DNA from: Rhizomicrobium sp.
Lineage (GTDB): Bacteria; Pseudomonadota; Alphaproteobacteria; Micropepsales; Micropepsaceae
Reading direction: 5' to 3'
DNA length: 64,000 nucleotides
NCBI GenBank assembly: GCA_036489435.1
Contig: DASXFU010000039.1
Span: forward strand, 192,331 to 256,330
The position numbers and the translations under genes were made by a program. This document shows, one piece after another, positions 1-10,872 of this stretch. The notes beneath the pieces are model-generated. The model was not told where the DNA came from. It made no database searches and saw only the letters and a program-made list of their open reading frames with translations. Position 1 is the first letter of the stretch. Each line of letters opens with the position of its first letter.

Positions 1-583
<583 letters not shown>

Positions 584-586
584 TGT

Positions 587-1141
587 CTATTGTCCTCTCA
601 TGGCCGCACGAATGCCCGAGAGCTTCGTGCGCAGCGACGAATCGATCATGCGCGAACCCACTTTCACGACGAGACCGCCGAGAAGGGTGGGGTCGACTTT
701 CTGTTCCAGGCGCGCATCGCGGCCGAGCTTGGCCTTCAGCACGCGCTTCAATTCTTCAATCTCGCCATCGCCGAGCGGGCGGGCGGAGGTTACCGAGGCG
801 TCCACTTCGCCGCGCATCTTGCCGGCCATCGCATTGAAGGCGGCGATGATGTCGGTGAGCACGAAGAGCCGGCGCTTGGAGGCCAGCAGCAGCACGAAGC
901 GCACGGTGAGCGGCGTGGCCTCCATGCGGCGCAGAACGGCGTCGATGCCCTTCTTCTGGTCGTCGCGCGTGAAGACGGGCGCCTTCACCAGGCGGGCGAG
1001 ATCGGGATTGTCCGCGATCAGGTCCCTGAGTGTGGCGAAATCGCGCTCGACGGCATCGACCGAGCCGTCTTCCTGGGCGAGTTCGAAAATCGCGGTGGCG
1101 TAGCGTCCCGCCAATCCGGAATTGTGAGCGTTGTCAGCCAC
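587..1141 (-). CDS. atpH: F0F1 ATP synthase subunit delta
   Basis: AGRYATAIFELA and VDPTLLGGLVVKVGSRMIDSS motifs; upstream of atpA. Confidence 0.97.
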   Translation of the reverse strand: MADNAHNSGLAGRYATAIFELAQEDGSVDAVERDFATLRDLIADNPDLARLVKAPVFTRDDQKKGIDAVLRRMEATPLTVRFVLLLASKRRLFVLTDIIAAFNAMAGKMRGEVDASVTSARPLGDGEIEELKRVLKAKLGRDARLEQKVDPTLLGGLVVKVGSRMIDSSLRTKLSGIRAAMRGQ

Positions 1142-1363
1142 TCAGACCCCTTATCCGCCGGTGCTTGCTGGAAGCGGATTTTCATCCGATTTTCCGCCAA
1201 GTTGGCGAGGTTTAAGCCATTGATCAGGCTATGGAATTCTCGCGCACCAGCGAATCTTAACACCGGCGCGCGCAGCACTTAGCATTGGGGAAGGGGGTAG
1301 CGCAATAATGTTAGCCGGGGTGTGGTGTCGCGCCTGTTTACAAAAGTTCATCCGGACGGTTGA

Positions 1364-1380
1364 GTATTGCAATGTCATAC
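1364..1380. promoter_or_regulatory. Imperfect palindrome GTATTGCAATGTCATAC, candidate autoregulatory operator of the ParD-like gene
   Basis: 12 of 17 positions are self-complementary; 16 nt upstream of the ATG of a ribbon-helix-helix antitoxin. Confidence 0.35.
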
Positions 1381-1396
1381 ACTTGAGCTTTTGCCC

Positions 1397-1669
1397 ATGC
1401 CCCGCACAAGCCGTCCCCTAACCGTTACCCTCGGCGAACTCCAGGCCAGCGTGGACCGCCGAGTCCAAAGCGGCGCCTACGCCTCCGCCAGCGAAGTCCT
1501 GCGCGACGCCATCCGCGCCCTCGACCGGGAAGACGCGGCCTTGGACATCTGGCTGCAACACCGCATCCAGGAACTCGAAGCCAATCCGGGCATCCCGCCG
1601 GAGGAAGTGTTCGAAGGCCTGCGCCAGCGCGATGAGGTGAAAGGCAAGAAGGGGCGCAAAGGCGCTTAG
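1397..1669 (+). CDS. ParD-like ribbon-helix-helix antitoxin (no adjacent ParE)
   Basis: LTVTLGEL...RVQSGAYASASEVLRDAIRAL matches the ParD/CC2985-type pattern; ATG at 1397. Confidence 0.85.
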   Translation: MPRTSRPLTVTLGELQASVDRRVQSGAYASASEVLRDAIRALDREDAALDIWLQHRIQELEANPGIPPEEVFEGLRQRDEVKGKKGRKGA

Positions 1670-1671
1670 CT

Positions 1672-2046
1672 CTAGGGCCGTAAGTTTTGCGCCGCATCAG
1701 CCAGATCGCGGTCCAGCGTTATGAGCTCGACGCCGAGTTCGCGGGAAAGCCAGAGATAACTCGCGTCATAGGCAGTGAGGTCGTGGCGACGGGCAAGGGC
1801 GAAGGTACCCACGATATCCACTTCTCGAAGCTCGATATCCAAGTTCAGAAAATCAATCAGCGCGTCTGTAAATCTGTCTTGCAGGTCGGGAAACCGTTTG
1901 GCGTGCATCGCACAGCTATTTGTAATTTCGAAGACAAGCAAAGATGGCGCAAGAAGGCGCTCACCAGTTATCAGCGCTTGTATTGCTGGGCGCTCCGCTT
2001 CATCCAGCAAAACCGCTATGATGGCCGAAGAGTCAACGATTTTCAT
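1672..2046 (-). CDS. vapC: VapC-family PIN-domain toxin
   Basis: IVDSSAIIA, conserved E, LTAYDASYLWL and LITLD acidic PIN residues. Confidence 0.92.
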   Translation of the reverse strand: MKIVDSSAIIAVLLDEAERPAIQALITGERLLAPSLLVFEITNSCAMHAKRFPDLQDRFTDALIDFLNLDIELREVDIVGTFALARRHDLTAYDASYLWLSRELGVELITLDRDLADAAQNLRP

Positions 2047-2377
2047 CGAAGATGCGCATCAGATGAGCACTACGTTCATCACGCATGCGGCGGACAAGTT
2101 GTGCAGCGCCTTCGCCCCCGGCGCTAATGGGGCCGCGCTTCTGGGCGCGCGCGGATATCTCTTCGATCGTCAGCTTCCGCTTCTCGGTCTTGGGCAGCGC
2201 TTCCACGCGATATTCGCGTTGGCCTTCTTGCATGCCGGGGGCGTCGGCTGAGCGGGCCACGCTTTCGAAGATCGCCATCAACTCACCTTGCAGCGAACGG
2301 TGGTTCCGTTTGGCGCGGGCGCGGAGTTGGTCGGCGATGTCGTCGGGGACGTCGCGGATTTGCAGGGTGACGGGCAT
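2033..2377 (-). CDS. FitA/Arc-like ribbon-helix-helix antitoxin
   Basis: TLQIRDVPDDIADQLRARAKRNHRSLQGEL; overlaps the start of vapC. Confidence 0.88.
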   Translation of the reverse strand: MPVTLQIRDVPDDIADQLRARAKRNHRSLQGELMAIFESVARSADAPGMQEGQREYRVEALPKTEKRKLTIEEISARAQKRGPISAGGEGAAQLVRRMRDERSAHLMRIFDENR

Positions 2378-2520
2378 TGGGCTCTCCTATGCGGGCAAAG
2401 TATAGGCAAAATGCATGCAGACCGCAACCTGAGGCGGTAACGCCTCCCTAACCATCCTTCTCGACCGGGCATTAAGCCGGGCGGCGCATGCTGGAACCAC
2501 AAAAAGAATGGGGTGGTGGC

Positions 2521-2934
2521 ATGGGTAAGGGGATTGTGGGCAGCATTGCCGGGATCGAGCGGGCCGGGCGGCCGGCAAGGGAAGCCATTCGCGAGGTTTG
2601 GCGGCTGTTGAAGCAGGGGATCGATATGCCGCTGGAATGGCATTCGGCTTTGCGCGATGAGCTGCAGGCATTGGCGGCGCCGCATATGGCGGTGCTAGCG
2701 CATAAGCGCACGCGGCTGGCGTTGCAGGATGAGAAATGGGTGGGCGAGCTCACCGAATTCGTCTCGCGCACCCTCTGGCCGCATCTGAAGGACAGCGAGC
2801 ATCTGACAGGACGCAGCGCGCATTGCGTGGCGGAGCTACTGGACGAGATCGTGGCGGTGGAGCAGCGCGCGGTGGCAGCCGCGAGCACCGTCGTGCCGCT
2901 TACATCGCGGTTCGATGCGAGCTGGGCGACCTGA
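2521..2934 (+). CDS. Hypothetical protein
   Basis: ORF fills the gap, has a G-rich RBS-like region and a normal helical composition; no recognisable motif; alternative start at 2488. Confidence 0.55.
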   Translation: MGKGIVGSIAGIERAGRPAREAIREVWRLLKQGIDMPLEWHSALRDELQALAAPHMAVLAHKRTRLALQDEKWVGELTEFVSRTLWPHLKDSEHLTGRSAHCVAELLDEIVAVEQRAVAAASTVVPLTSRFDASWAT

Positions 2935-3349
2935 CGGGCGCAGACTTCTTCTTTTCTTTCTGCGGACTCGCGCCGTCGAAGGCTGTGCGCGCGGCTTCGA
3001 TGCGCGCGATGTTGGCGCGGGCCCAATCGCCCAACGCACTCACCGGCACAAGCAACGAGCGGCCGAGAGGCGTCAGCGCATAATCCACCCGCGGCGGGAT
3101 CGTGGGGAACACCGTGCGGGTGACCAGCCCGTCGCGCTCCAGCCCGCGCAGGGTGAGCGTCAGCATGCGTTGCGAGATGCCGCCGATATCGCGCTTCAAT
3201 TCGTTGAAGCGCATCGGCTGGCCGCCCAGCCTGGACACGATCAGCACCGACCATTTGTCGCCGATGCGTGAAAGCACGCCGCTGACCGCCCGGCAGTCGG
3301 ACGTTTCGTGACGCGGGGGAGTGGTACCAGCCATGTGCCCTTGTTTCAT
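2900..3349 (-). CDS. HxlR-family winged-helix transcriptional regulator
   Basis: [10 protein letters not shown]...MRFNELKR...[19 protein letters not shown]...[12 protein letters not shown]. Confidence 0.95.
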   Translation of the reverse strand: MKQGHMAGTTPPRHETSDCRAVSGVLSRIGDKWSVLIVSRLGGQPMRFNELKRDIGGISQRMLTLTLRGLERDGLVTRTVFPTIPPRVDYALTPLGRSLLVPVSALGDWARANIARIEAARTAFDGASPQKEKKKSAPVRSPSSHRTAM

Positions 3350-3415
3350 CGGCGTGCCTTCTTGCGCCGGCGCATGCCGGGCACCAATCTAGTGTCAGTC
3401 ACAAATGTAGTGCGA

Positions 3416-3430
3416 CTTACGCTCCGTAAC
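3416..3430. promoter_or_regulatory. Candidate HxlR operator CTTAC-N5-GTAAC
   Basis: Near-palindrome between the divergent HxlR and FMN reductase genes. Confidence 0.4.
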
Positions 3431-3452
3431 CAGCCCCTCTGAGGAGATACCC

Positions 3453-4034
3453 ATGGCCCCGCGCCTCCAGACTATCATTGCCAGCACCCGCCCGGGCCGC
3501 GCCGGGCCTTCCATCGCGCAGTGGTTCCACGATTTCGCCAAGGTGGACGGCAAGTTCGACGCCGAACTGGTCGATCTCGCGGCATTCGAGCTGCCGATCT
3601 ATGACGAGCCGCATCATCCCATGCGCCGGCAATACACCCATGAGCACACCAAGAAATGGAGCGCCAGCGTGAATGCTGCCGACGCGCTCGTCTTCGTGAT
3701 GCCGGAATACAATTACTCGCCGCCGCCCAGCTTCGTGAACGCGCTCGATTACCTGTTCTGGGAGTGGCAGTACAAACCGGTCGGCTTCGTCACCTATGGC
3801 GGAATTTCCGGCGGCGTGCGCGCGGTGCAGGCGGCGCGGCTGCAGGCCTCCACGCTCAAGATGATGCCGATCCCCGAAGGCGTAGTGCTGCCCAACGTGT
3901 TCGGCCAGATCAAGGATGGCGTCTTCACCGGCAACGAATTCAACGAGCAGGGCGCGAAAGCCACGCTTAACGAGTTGCTAAAATGGAGCGAGGCACTGAA
4001 GTCACTGCGCGCCGAGGTGCGTACTCCTGGTTGA
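3453..4034 (+). CDS. NADPH-dependent FMN reductase
   Basis: ASTRPGRAG, PEYNYS, NALDYL...W..KPVGFVTYGG; GAGGAG RBS. Confidence 0.95.
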   Translation: MAPRLQTIIASTRPGRAGPSIAQWFHDFAKVDGKFDAELVDLAAFELPIYDEPHHPMRRQYTHEHTKKWSASVNAADALVFVMPEYNYSPPPSFVNALDYLFWEWQYKPVGFVTYGGISGGVRAVQAARLQASTLKMMPIPEGVVLPNVFGQIKDGVFTGNEFNEQGAKATLNELLKWSEALKSLRAEVRTPG

Positions 4035-4045
4035 ACCCGCCAAAC

Positions 4046-4067
4046 AATTTTCAGAAAACTGAAAATT
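4046..4067. promoter_or_regulatory. Perfect 9-bp inverted repeat AATTTTCAG-AAAA-CTGAAAATT, candidate operator
   Basis: Seen directly; AT-rich palindrome 54 nt upstream of the DUF3034-like gene. Confidence 0.6.
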
Positions 4068-4120
4068 AACTTCGGTCTATCATTTTGGGGTGAAGCAATT
4101 GGGAGCGGGAGCTTCACCCC

Positions 4121-5023
4121 ATGCGTACGACATGTCATGCGGCCATCGCCGCAGTGCTTCTTTCGGCCGCGCCGACCTTTGCCGACGATGCGCCTGCCTC
4201 TTCCTCTTCCATGATGGACGTGTTCGACGGCGGCAAGCTGCTCGCCACCGGCGGCGTGAGCTCGCTGGAAGGCGCGGGCGGTGGCGGGCTTTCGACCTGG
4301 GCGCTGATCACCGGCTACGGCACGCGCGACGGCGTGGGCGTCGATGCGCACGCCACCTACATCTCGTTGCCGGACTATTCGCTGTGGACGGAAGGCGTCG
4401 CGATCGGTCTGTTCGATCGCGTGGAGCTCTCCTACACCCATCTCACCTTCGACACCGAGAAGGTGGGCGGCGCGCTGGGCCTCGGCGACAATTTCAAGTT
4501 CGACCAGGACATCTACGGCGCCAAGGTCAAGCTGTTCGGCGACGCCGTCTATGACCAGGACTCGTTCCTGCCGGAGGTTTCCGTCGGCGCACAGTACAAG
4601 ACGACCAACCACGCCGACATCCTGCACTTCGTCGGCGCGAAATCCTCCAGCGGCACGGATTACTACATCGCCGCCACCAAGCTGTTCCTGGCGCAAAGCC
4701 TGCTCGTGGATGTGACCGTTCGCGAGACCAAGGCCAACCAGTTCGGCATATTGGGCTTCGGCGGCGACAAGCACGGCGACTACTCCACGCAATTCGAGGG
4801 TTCGGCCGCCTATCTCTTCAGCCGCAAATTCGCCGTGGGCGCGGAATACCGCACCAAGCCGGACAATCTGGGCATCGCCCGGGAAGACAATGCCTGGGAT
4901 GTCTTCGCGGCCTATTTCTTCAACAAGAACGTGTCGCTGACGGCCGCCTATCTCGACCTCGGCAACATCGTGATCAAGGACCACCAGCACGGCGCCTATC
5001 TGTCGCTGCAAGTGGGCATGTAA
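4121..5023 (+). CDS. DUF3034-like exported protein, predicted outer-membrane beta-barrel
   Basis: Signal peptide; GKLLATGGVSSLEGAGGGGL.WALITGYGT and GAEYRTKPDNL motifs; amphipathic strands; C-terminal YLSLQVGM. Confidence 0.85.
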   Translation: MRTTCHAAIAAVLLSAAPTFADDAPASSSSMMDVFDGGKLLATGGVSSLEGAGGGGLSTWALITGYGTRDGVGVDAHATYISLPDYSLWTEGVAIGLFDRVELSYTHLTFDTEKVGGALGLGDNFKFDQDIYGAKVKLFGDAVYDQDSFLPEVSVGAQYKTTNHADILHFVGAKSSSGTDYYIAATKLFLAQSLLVDVTVRETKANQFGILGFGGDKHGDYSTQFEGSAAYLFSRKFAVGAEYRTKPDNLGIAREDNAWDVFAAYFFNKNVSLTAAYLDLGNIVIKDHQHGAYLSLQVGM

Positions 5024-5036
5024 GGGGGAAAGACCT

Positions 5037-5462
5037 ATGCGCAAATTCGCACTGATCGCCGCCGCGGGCCTGTTGGCCGGATATGCCGTCGCCGCGCGCG
5101 CCGATGAAGACACACTCTATGTGGACATGGGCGGCGTCGACAATCTCAAGAAGATCGCGGTCGACACGGCGGACAATTTCCTCGCCGATCCGCGCATCAA
5201 GGCGACCTTCGACAACACCAACATGGACCGCTTCAAGATCCTGCTGGGTGAGCAATTCTGCGTCGTCGCCGGTGGGCCCTGCACCTATACGGGCCGCACC
5301 ATGAAGGACACCCACAAGGGCCTGCATCTCGGCAACGCCGATTTCAACGCGGTGGTCGAGGACCTGCAGAAGGCCATGGACAAGGACGGCGTTTCCTTCG
5401 CAACCCAGAACCGCTTCCTCGCCCGCCTGGCGCCGATGCAGCATGATGTCGTGACCAAGTGA
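5037..5462 (+). CDS. Group I truncated hemoglobin with signal peptide
   Basis: TLY.DMGG, DPRIKATF, GGPCTYTGRTM, proximal His in THKGL, DFNAVVEDL; N-terminal hydrophobic stretch ending ARA. Confidence 0.92.
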   Translation: MRKFALIAAAGLLAGYAVAARADEDTLYVDMGGVDNLKKIAVDTADNFLADPRIKATFDNTNMDRFKILLGEQFCVVAGGPCTYTGRTMKDTHKGLHLGNADFNAVVEDLQKAMDKDGVSFATQNRFLARLAPMQHDVVTK

Positions 5463-5785
5463 AACAGCCGCCCGTCATACCGGTCGTGGCCGTCGCGGTG
5501 CTTGCCGCGATGGCCATCGCATGGGCGGACGATTCCCATACCATCGTGCAGAACGGCCGCGCCTTTCACCCTATCGACGTTACAATCAAAAAGGGTGAGA
5601 CCCTGGATTTCAGCAACCAGGACGAGTTCATCCACCAGATCTACGTCGACGTCGCGGGCTTCGCTTACGACTCCGCCGAGCAACCTCCCGGCGAGACTCT
5701 GCACATCAAATTTCCAGACACGGGCACGTTTCCCGTGCGCTGCCACATCCATCCAAAGATGCTGCTGACCGTGCATGTAAAGTGA
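5459..5785 (+). CDS. Exported cupredoxin (amicyanin/plastocyanin-like)
   Basis: N.D...H plus C-HI-H-PK-M type-1 copper ligands; signal peptide; GTGA overlap with the globin stop. Confidence 0.88.
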   Translation: MKQPPVIPVVAVAVLAAMAIAWADDSHTIVQNGRAFHPIDVTIKKGETLDFSNQDEFIHQIYVDVAGFAYDSAEQPPGETLHIKFPDTGTFPVRCHIHPKMLLTVHVK

Positions 5786-5816
5786 TTGTTCACCCTGAAT
5801 TGCAAGGGCTTGTTCC

Positions 5817-5832
5817 TTAAACCTAAATCAAC
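5817..5832 (+). promoter_or_regulatory. CtrA-like box TTAA-N7-TCAAC
   Basis: One mismatch to TTAA-N7-TTAAC; upstream of the histidine kinase gene. Confidence 0.45.
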
Positions 5833-5885
5833 CTCGATCGTCGCATGATCGTGACACCCCTGTGCCGAAGGGGCCAGGAACAGTC

Positions 5886-7787
<1,902 letters not shown>

Positions 7788-7872
7788 TCACAGCGCGGCG
7801 TCTGCACAACTGAGGTTTGCAATATGATCGAACATCGCCAATATGCGCGCGGTCCTCAGGGAGAGAGCGGAT

Positions 7873-8427
7873 ATGAAAAAGCTCATGATCGGCACATTGC
7901 TGCTCAGCACGGTTTGCGCGAGCGCGGCCTATGCGGCGCTGGCTGTCGGCGCCAAGGCTCCGGACTTCACGGCGCAGGCTTCCATCGGCGGCAAGGAGTT
8001 CACCTTCTCGCTGGCCGACGCGCTGAAGAAGGGGCCCGTGGTGCTGTATTTCTATCCCGCCGCCTTCACAAAGGGCTGTACCATCGAGGCGCATGATTTC
8101 GCCGAAGCGACCGATCAGTACAAGGCGCTGGGCGCCACGGTGATCGGTGTCAGCGCCGACGGCATCGCCAAGCTCGACCAGTTCTCCGTCAGCGACTGCC
8201 GCAGCAAATTCGCCGTCGCCGCCGATCCGGACCAGACGGTCATCAAGCAATACGACGCGGTGCTGAAGAAGGCGCCGCAATATTCCGACCGCACTTCCTA
8301 CGTGATCGCGCCGGACCACTCCATCGTCTTCACCTACACCAACCTGGAACCCGATGCGCACGTCGCGCTGACGGTGCAGGCGGTGAAGGACTGGGAAGAC
8401 ACGCACAAAGGCTGGCATAAGCGCTGA
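7873..8427 (+). CDS. Exported peroxiredoxin (BCP/PrxQ family)
   Basis: FYPAAFTKGCTIEA (PxxxTxxC); signal peptide MKKLMIG...AYA. Confidence 0.92.
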   Translation: MKKLMIGTLLLSTVCASAAYAALAVGAKAPDFTAQASIGGKEFTFSLADALKKGPVVLYFYPAAFTKGCTIEAHDFAEATDQYKALGATVIGVSADGIAKLDQFSVSDCRSKFAVAADPDQTVIKQYDAVLKKAPQYSDRTSYVIAPDHSIVFTYTNLEPDAHVALTVQAVKDWEDTHKGWHKR

Positions 8428-8490
8428 TCGGCGGTCGTCGTCCCCCAGGCATCTTGACCCCCGCCGCGCGACCTGCCAAACGCGCGCCCC

Positions 8491-8844
8491 ATGATCGAGC
8501 TGACGCAGGAATTCGGCTTCGACGCCGCCCATTACCTGGGCATGGGCGCGCCGGAGAACGCGCGTCTGCACGGTCACTCCTTCTATGTCGAGGTGACACT
8601 GCGCGGCGAGCCCAACCCCGCGACCGGCTTCCTGCGCGACCTGGGCGAGATCAAGCAGGCGCTGGAGACAATCCGCGAAGGCCTCGACCACCGCCTGCTG
8701 AACGAGGTCGAGGGGCTGGGCAATCCGACGCTCGAAAACCTCGCGTGCTTCATCTTCATCCGCGCCAAAGCGGCGCTGCCGGAAGTGTCGCGCGTGAAAC
8801 TGCGCCGTCCGTCCTACGGCCAATCCTGCGTGTATGAGGGCTGA
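8491..8844 (+). CDS. queD: 6-carboxytetrahydropterin synthase (QueD/PTPS family)
   Basis: [28 protein letters not shown]; adjacent to queF. Confidence 0.85.
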   Translation: MIELTQEFGFDAAHYLGMGAPENARLHGHSFYVEVTLRGEPNPATGFLRDLGEIKQALETIREGLDHRLLNEVEGLGNPTLENLACFIFIRAKAALPEVSRVKLRRPSYGQSCVYEG

Positions 8845-8845
8845 C

Positions 8846-9295
8846 ATGTCCAAACGCATCCAGCTCGGCCGCCCCGTGGCCCAGCCGCAATCACCGGACG
8901 AAGCCGTGCTCGACGCCGTGCCCAATCCGCAAGCTGGCACGGACTACGTCGCCCGCTTCACCGCCCCGGAATTCACCTGCCTCTGCCCCGTGACGGGCCA
9001 GCCGGACTTCGCGCATTTCGTCATCGACTATTGCCCCGCGAAATCGCTCCTCGAATCCAAATCGCTGAAATTGTTTCTCGCCAGCTTCCGCAACCACGCC
9101 GCCTTCCACGAAGACACGACGCTCGTTATCGGCAAACGCATCGCCGCCGCCATCAAGCCGGAATACCTCCGCATCGCAGGCTTCTGGTATCCGCGCGGTG
9201 GGATTCCGATCGACGTCTTCTGGCAGACGGGCAAGCAACCGAAGGACGTCTGGCTGCCCGACATGGGCGTCTCGCCATATAAGGGGCGGGGATGA
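8846..9295 (+). CDS. queF: preQ0 reductase, unimodular type
   Basis: [37 protein letters not shown]. Confidence 0.96.
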   Translation: MSKRIQLGRPVAQPQSPDEAVLDAVPNPQAGTDYVARFTAPEFTCLCPVTGQPDFAHFVIDYCPAKSLLESKSLKLFLASFRNHAAFHEDTTLVIGKRIAAAIKPEYLRIAGFWYPRGGIPIDVFWQTGKQPKDVWLPDMGVSPYKGRG

Positions 9296-9732
9296 TTGCC
9301 CCCGAGATCGCTGAGATCGCAACGGCGGAAAAGCCGGCGCTCTGGGCGATGTATCAACGCTATGCCCGTGAGCTTGCGCCCATGGCGAACATCCAGCCGG
9401 TCGACAACGAAATTCCCGCGCCCGATTTCGACGATTTCTGGAAGAAGCCTCGGCATTGGCCGCTTTGGGCTTCAGCGGACGGCGCGCGCATCGGCTTCGC
9501 GCTTATCCGCTTCATGCCGGCATTCGATGCCATGCAGATGTCGCAGTTCTATATCGTACCGGGCCACCGCCGGGGAGGCTGCGGACAGGCTTTTGCCCGA
9601 ACGCTGCTCGCGCGCCACCCCGGCCCTTGGCGCATCCGCCAGATGGCGGCGAACACCAGCGCGGTTGCCTTCTGGCGCCGCGTCGCCGACAAAGGCCTGG
9701 ACCGCGTCGAGCAGCGCTTTATGGTGTCTTAG
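9292..9732 (+). CDS. GNAT-family acetyltransferase
   Basis: [14 protein letters not shown] motif A and N..AVAFW; ATGA coupling to queF. Confidence 0.82.
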   Translation: MIAPEIAEIATAEKPALWAMYQRYARELAPMANIQPVDNEIPAPDFDDFWKKPRHWPLWASADGARIGFALIRFMPAFDAMQMSQFYIVPGHRRGGCGQAFARTLLARHPGPWRIRQMAANTSAVAFWRRVADKGLDRVEQRFMVS

Positions 9733-10318
9733 CCTTCGCCAGTTTCGCGCAGTCCTTGTGCCTGGGGCATCCCAGCATGTGGTCGTTGACCATGCCGACG
9801 GCTTGGGCGAAGGCGTAGACGATCACGGGGCCGACGAAATTGAAGCCGCGTTTCTTGAGCTCCTTCGACAGGCCTTCGCTCATCTCGGTCTTGGCGGGGA
9901 CTTGCGCCATCGTCTTGAAGCGGTTCTGCACCGGCCGCCCGTCCACATGCTTCCAGATGAGCTCGCGGAAGCCGCCGGGTTCTTTCTCTTCGATGTCGAG
10001 CCAGAGCTGCGCGCCCTTGATGGCGGCGGCGATCTTGGCGTTGGAGCGGATGATGCCTTCGTTCTTCATCAGCCGCTCGGTGTCGCGCTTGCCGTAGCGG
10101 GCGATCTTTTCCGGATCGAAATCGTGGAAGGCTTTGCGGAAATTCTCGCGCTTCCTCAGGATCGTGATCCACGAGAGCCCGGCCTGGAAACCGTCCAGGA
10201 CGAGCTTCTCGTAGAGTGCATGTGCATCATATTCCGGCACGCCCCACTCTTCGTCGTGATAGGCGACGTAGAGCGGGTCGCTGCCGGGCCAGGTGCAGGT
10301 CGTGGCGTCTTTGTTCAA
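9719..10318 (-). CDS. tag: DNA-3-methyladenine glycosylase I
   Basis: CTW...YHDEEWGVP, FQAGLSWITILRKRENFR, FVGPVIVYAF.QAVGMVNDH; TTG start overlaps the upstream TGA. Confidence 0.95.
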   Translation of the reverse strand: MNKDATTCTWPGSDPLYVAYHDEEWGVPEYDAHALYEKLVLDGFQAGLSWITILRKRENFRKAFHDFDPEKIARYGKRDTERLMKNEGIIRSNAKIAAAIKGAQLWLDIEEKEPGGFRELIWKHVDGRPVQNRFKTMAQVPAKTEMSEGLSKELKKRGFNFVGPVIVYAFAQAVGMVNDHMLGCPRHKDCAKLAKAKTP

Positions 10319-10830
10319 CGCTTGGCTTTCTTCTTTTTCTTCGACGGCTTGGCGGCGGCCGTCCACGGCGGACGGTTGCGGCTGGTCGCGGCCTTCTTTT
10401 TCTTCGCCGGCTTCTTGGTGGCCTCAGCGGCGGCGGCTTGCGCGGCGGTTTCCTTCCAGTAGGTGGCCTCGATCTTGTTGCCATCGAGGTCGTAGATGAA
10501 AGCGCCGAAATAGGACGGGCCGTAATCCGGGCGCGGGCCGGGCTCGCCATTGTTGCTGCCGCCGGCCTTCAGCGCGGCTTCGTGGAATTTCATCACCGCG
10601 GCCTTGGACTTCGCGCTGAAGCCGACATGCGCGCCGTTGCCGGACGAAGGCGCGCCCTGGTCGTGCGGCAGGCCGATCCAGAATTGTGGCCGGCCCTTGG
10701 CTTCGCCGTAGGCGATCGCGCCCGGCGAATAATCCGCCACGCGCTTGTAGCCGAGCGCCTTCATCACGGGATCGTAGAAAGTGGCGGCACGCGCGACATC
10801 GCGCACGCCCACGGAAACATGATGCAGCAT
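10315..10830 (-). CDS. VOC/glyoxalase-family protein with Lys-rich C-terminal tail
   Basis: LHHVSVGVRD, GNGAHVGF, GEPGPRPDYG, DLDGNKIEA. Confidence 0.9.
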   Translation of the reverse strand: MLHHVSVGVRDVARAATFYDPVMKALGYKRVADYSPGAIAYGEAKGRPQFWIGLPHDQGAPSSGNGAHVGFSAKSKAAVMKFHEAALKAGGSNNGEPGPRPDYGPSYFGAFIYDLDGNKIEATYWKETAAQAAAAEATKKPAKKKKAATSRNRPPWTAAAKPSKKKKKAKR

Positions 10831-10872
10831 GAAAGACTCCTCCAAAGGGATCGCGAATCTGATCCGTTGCCC

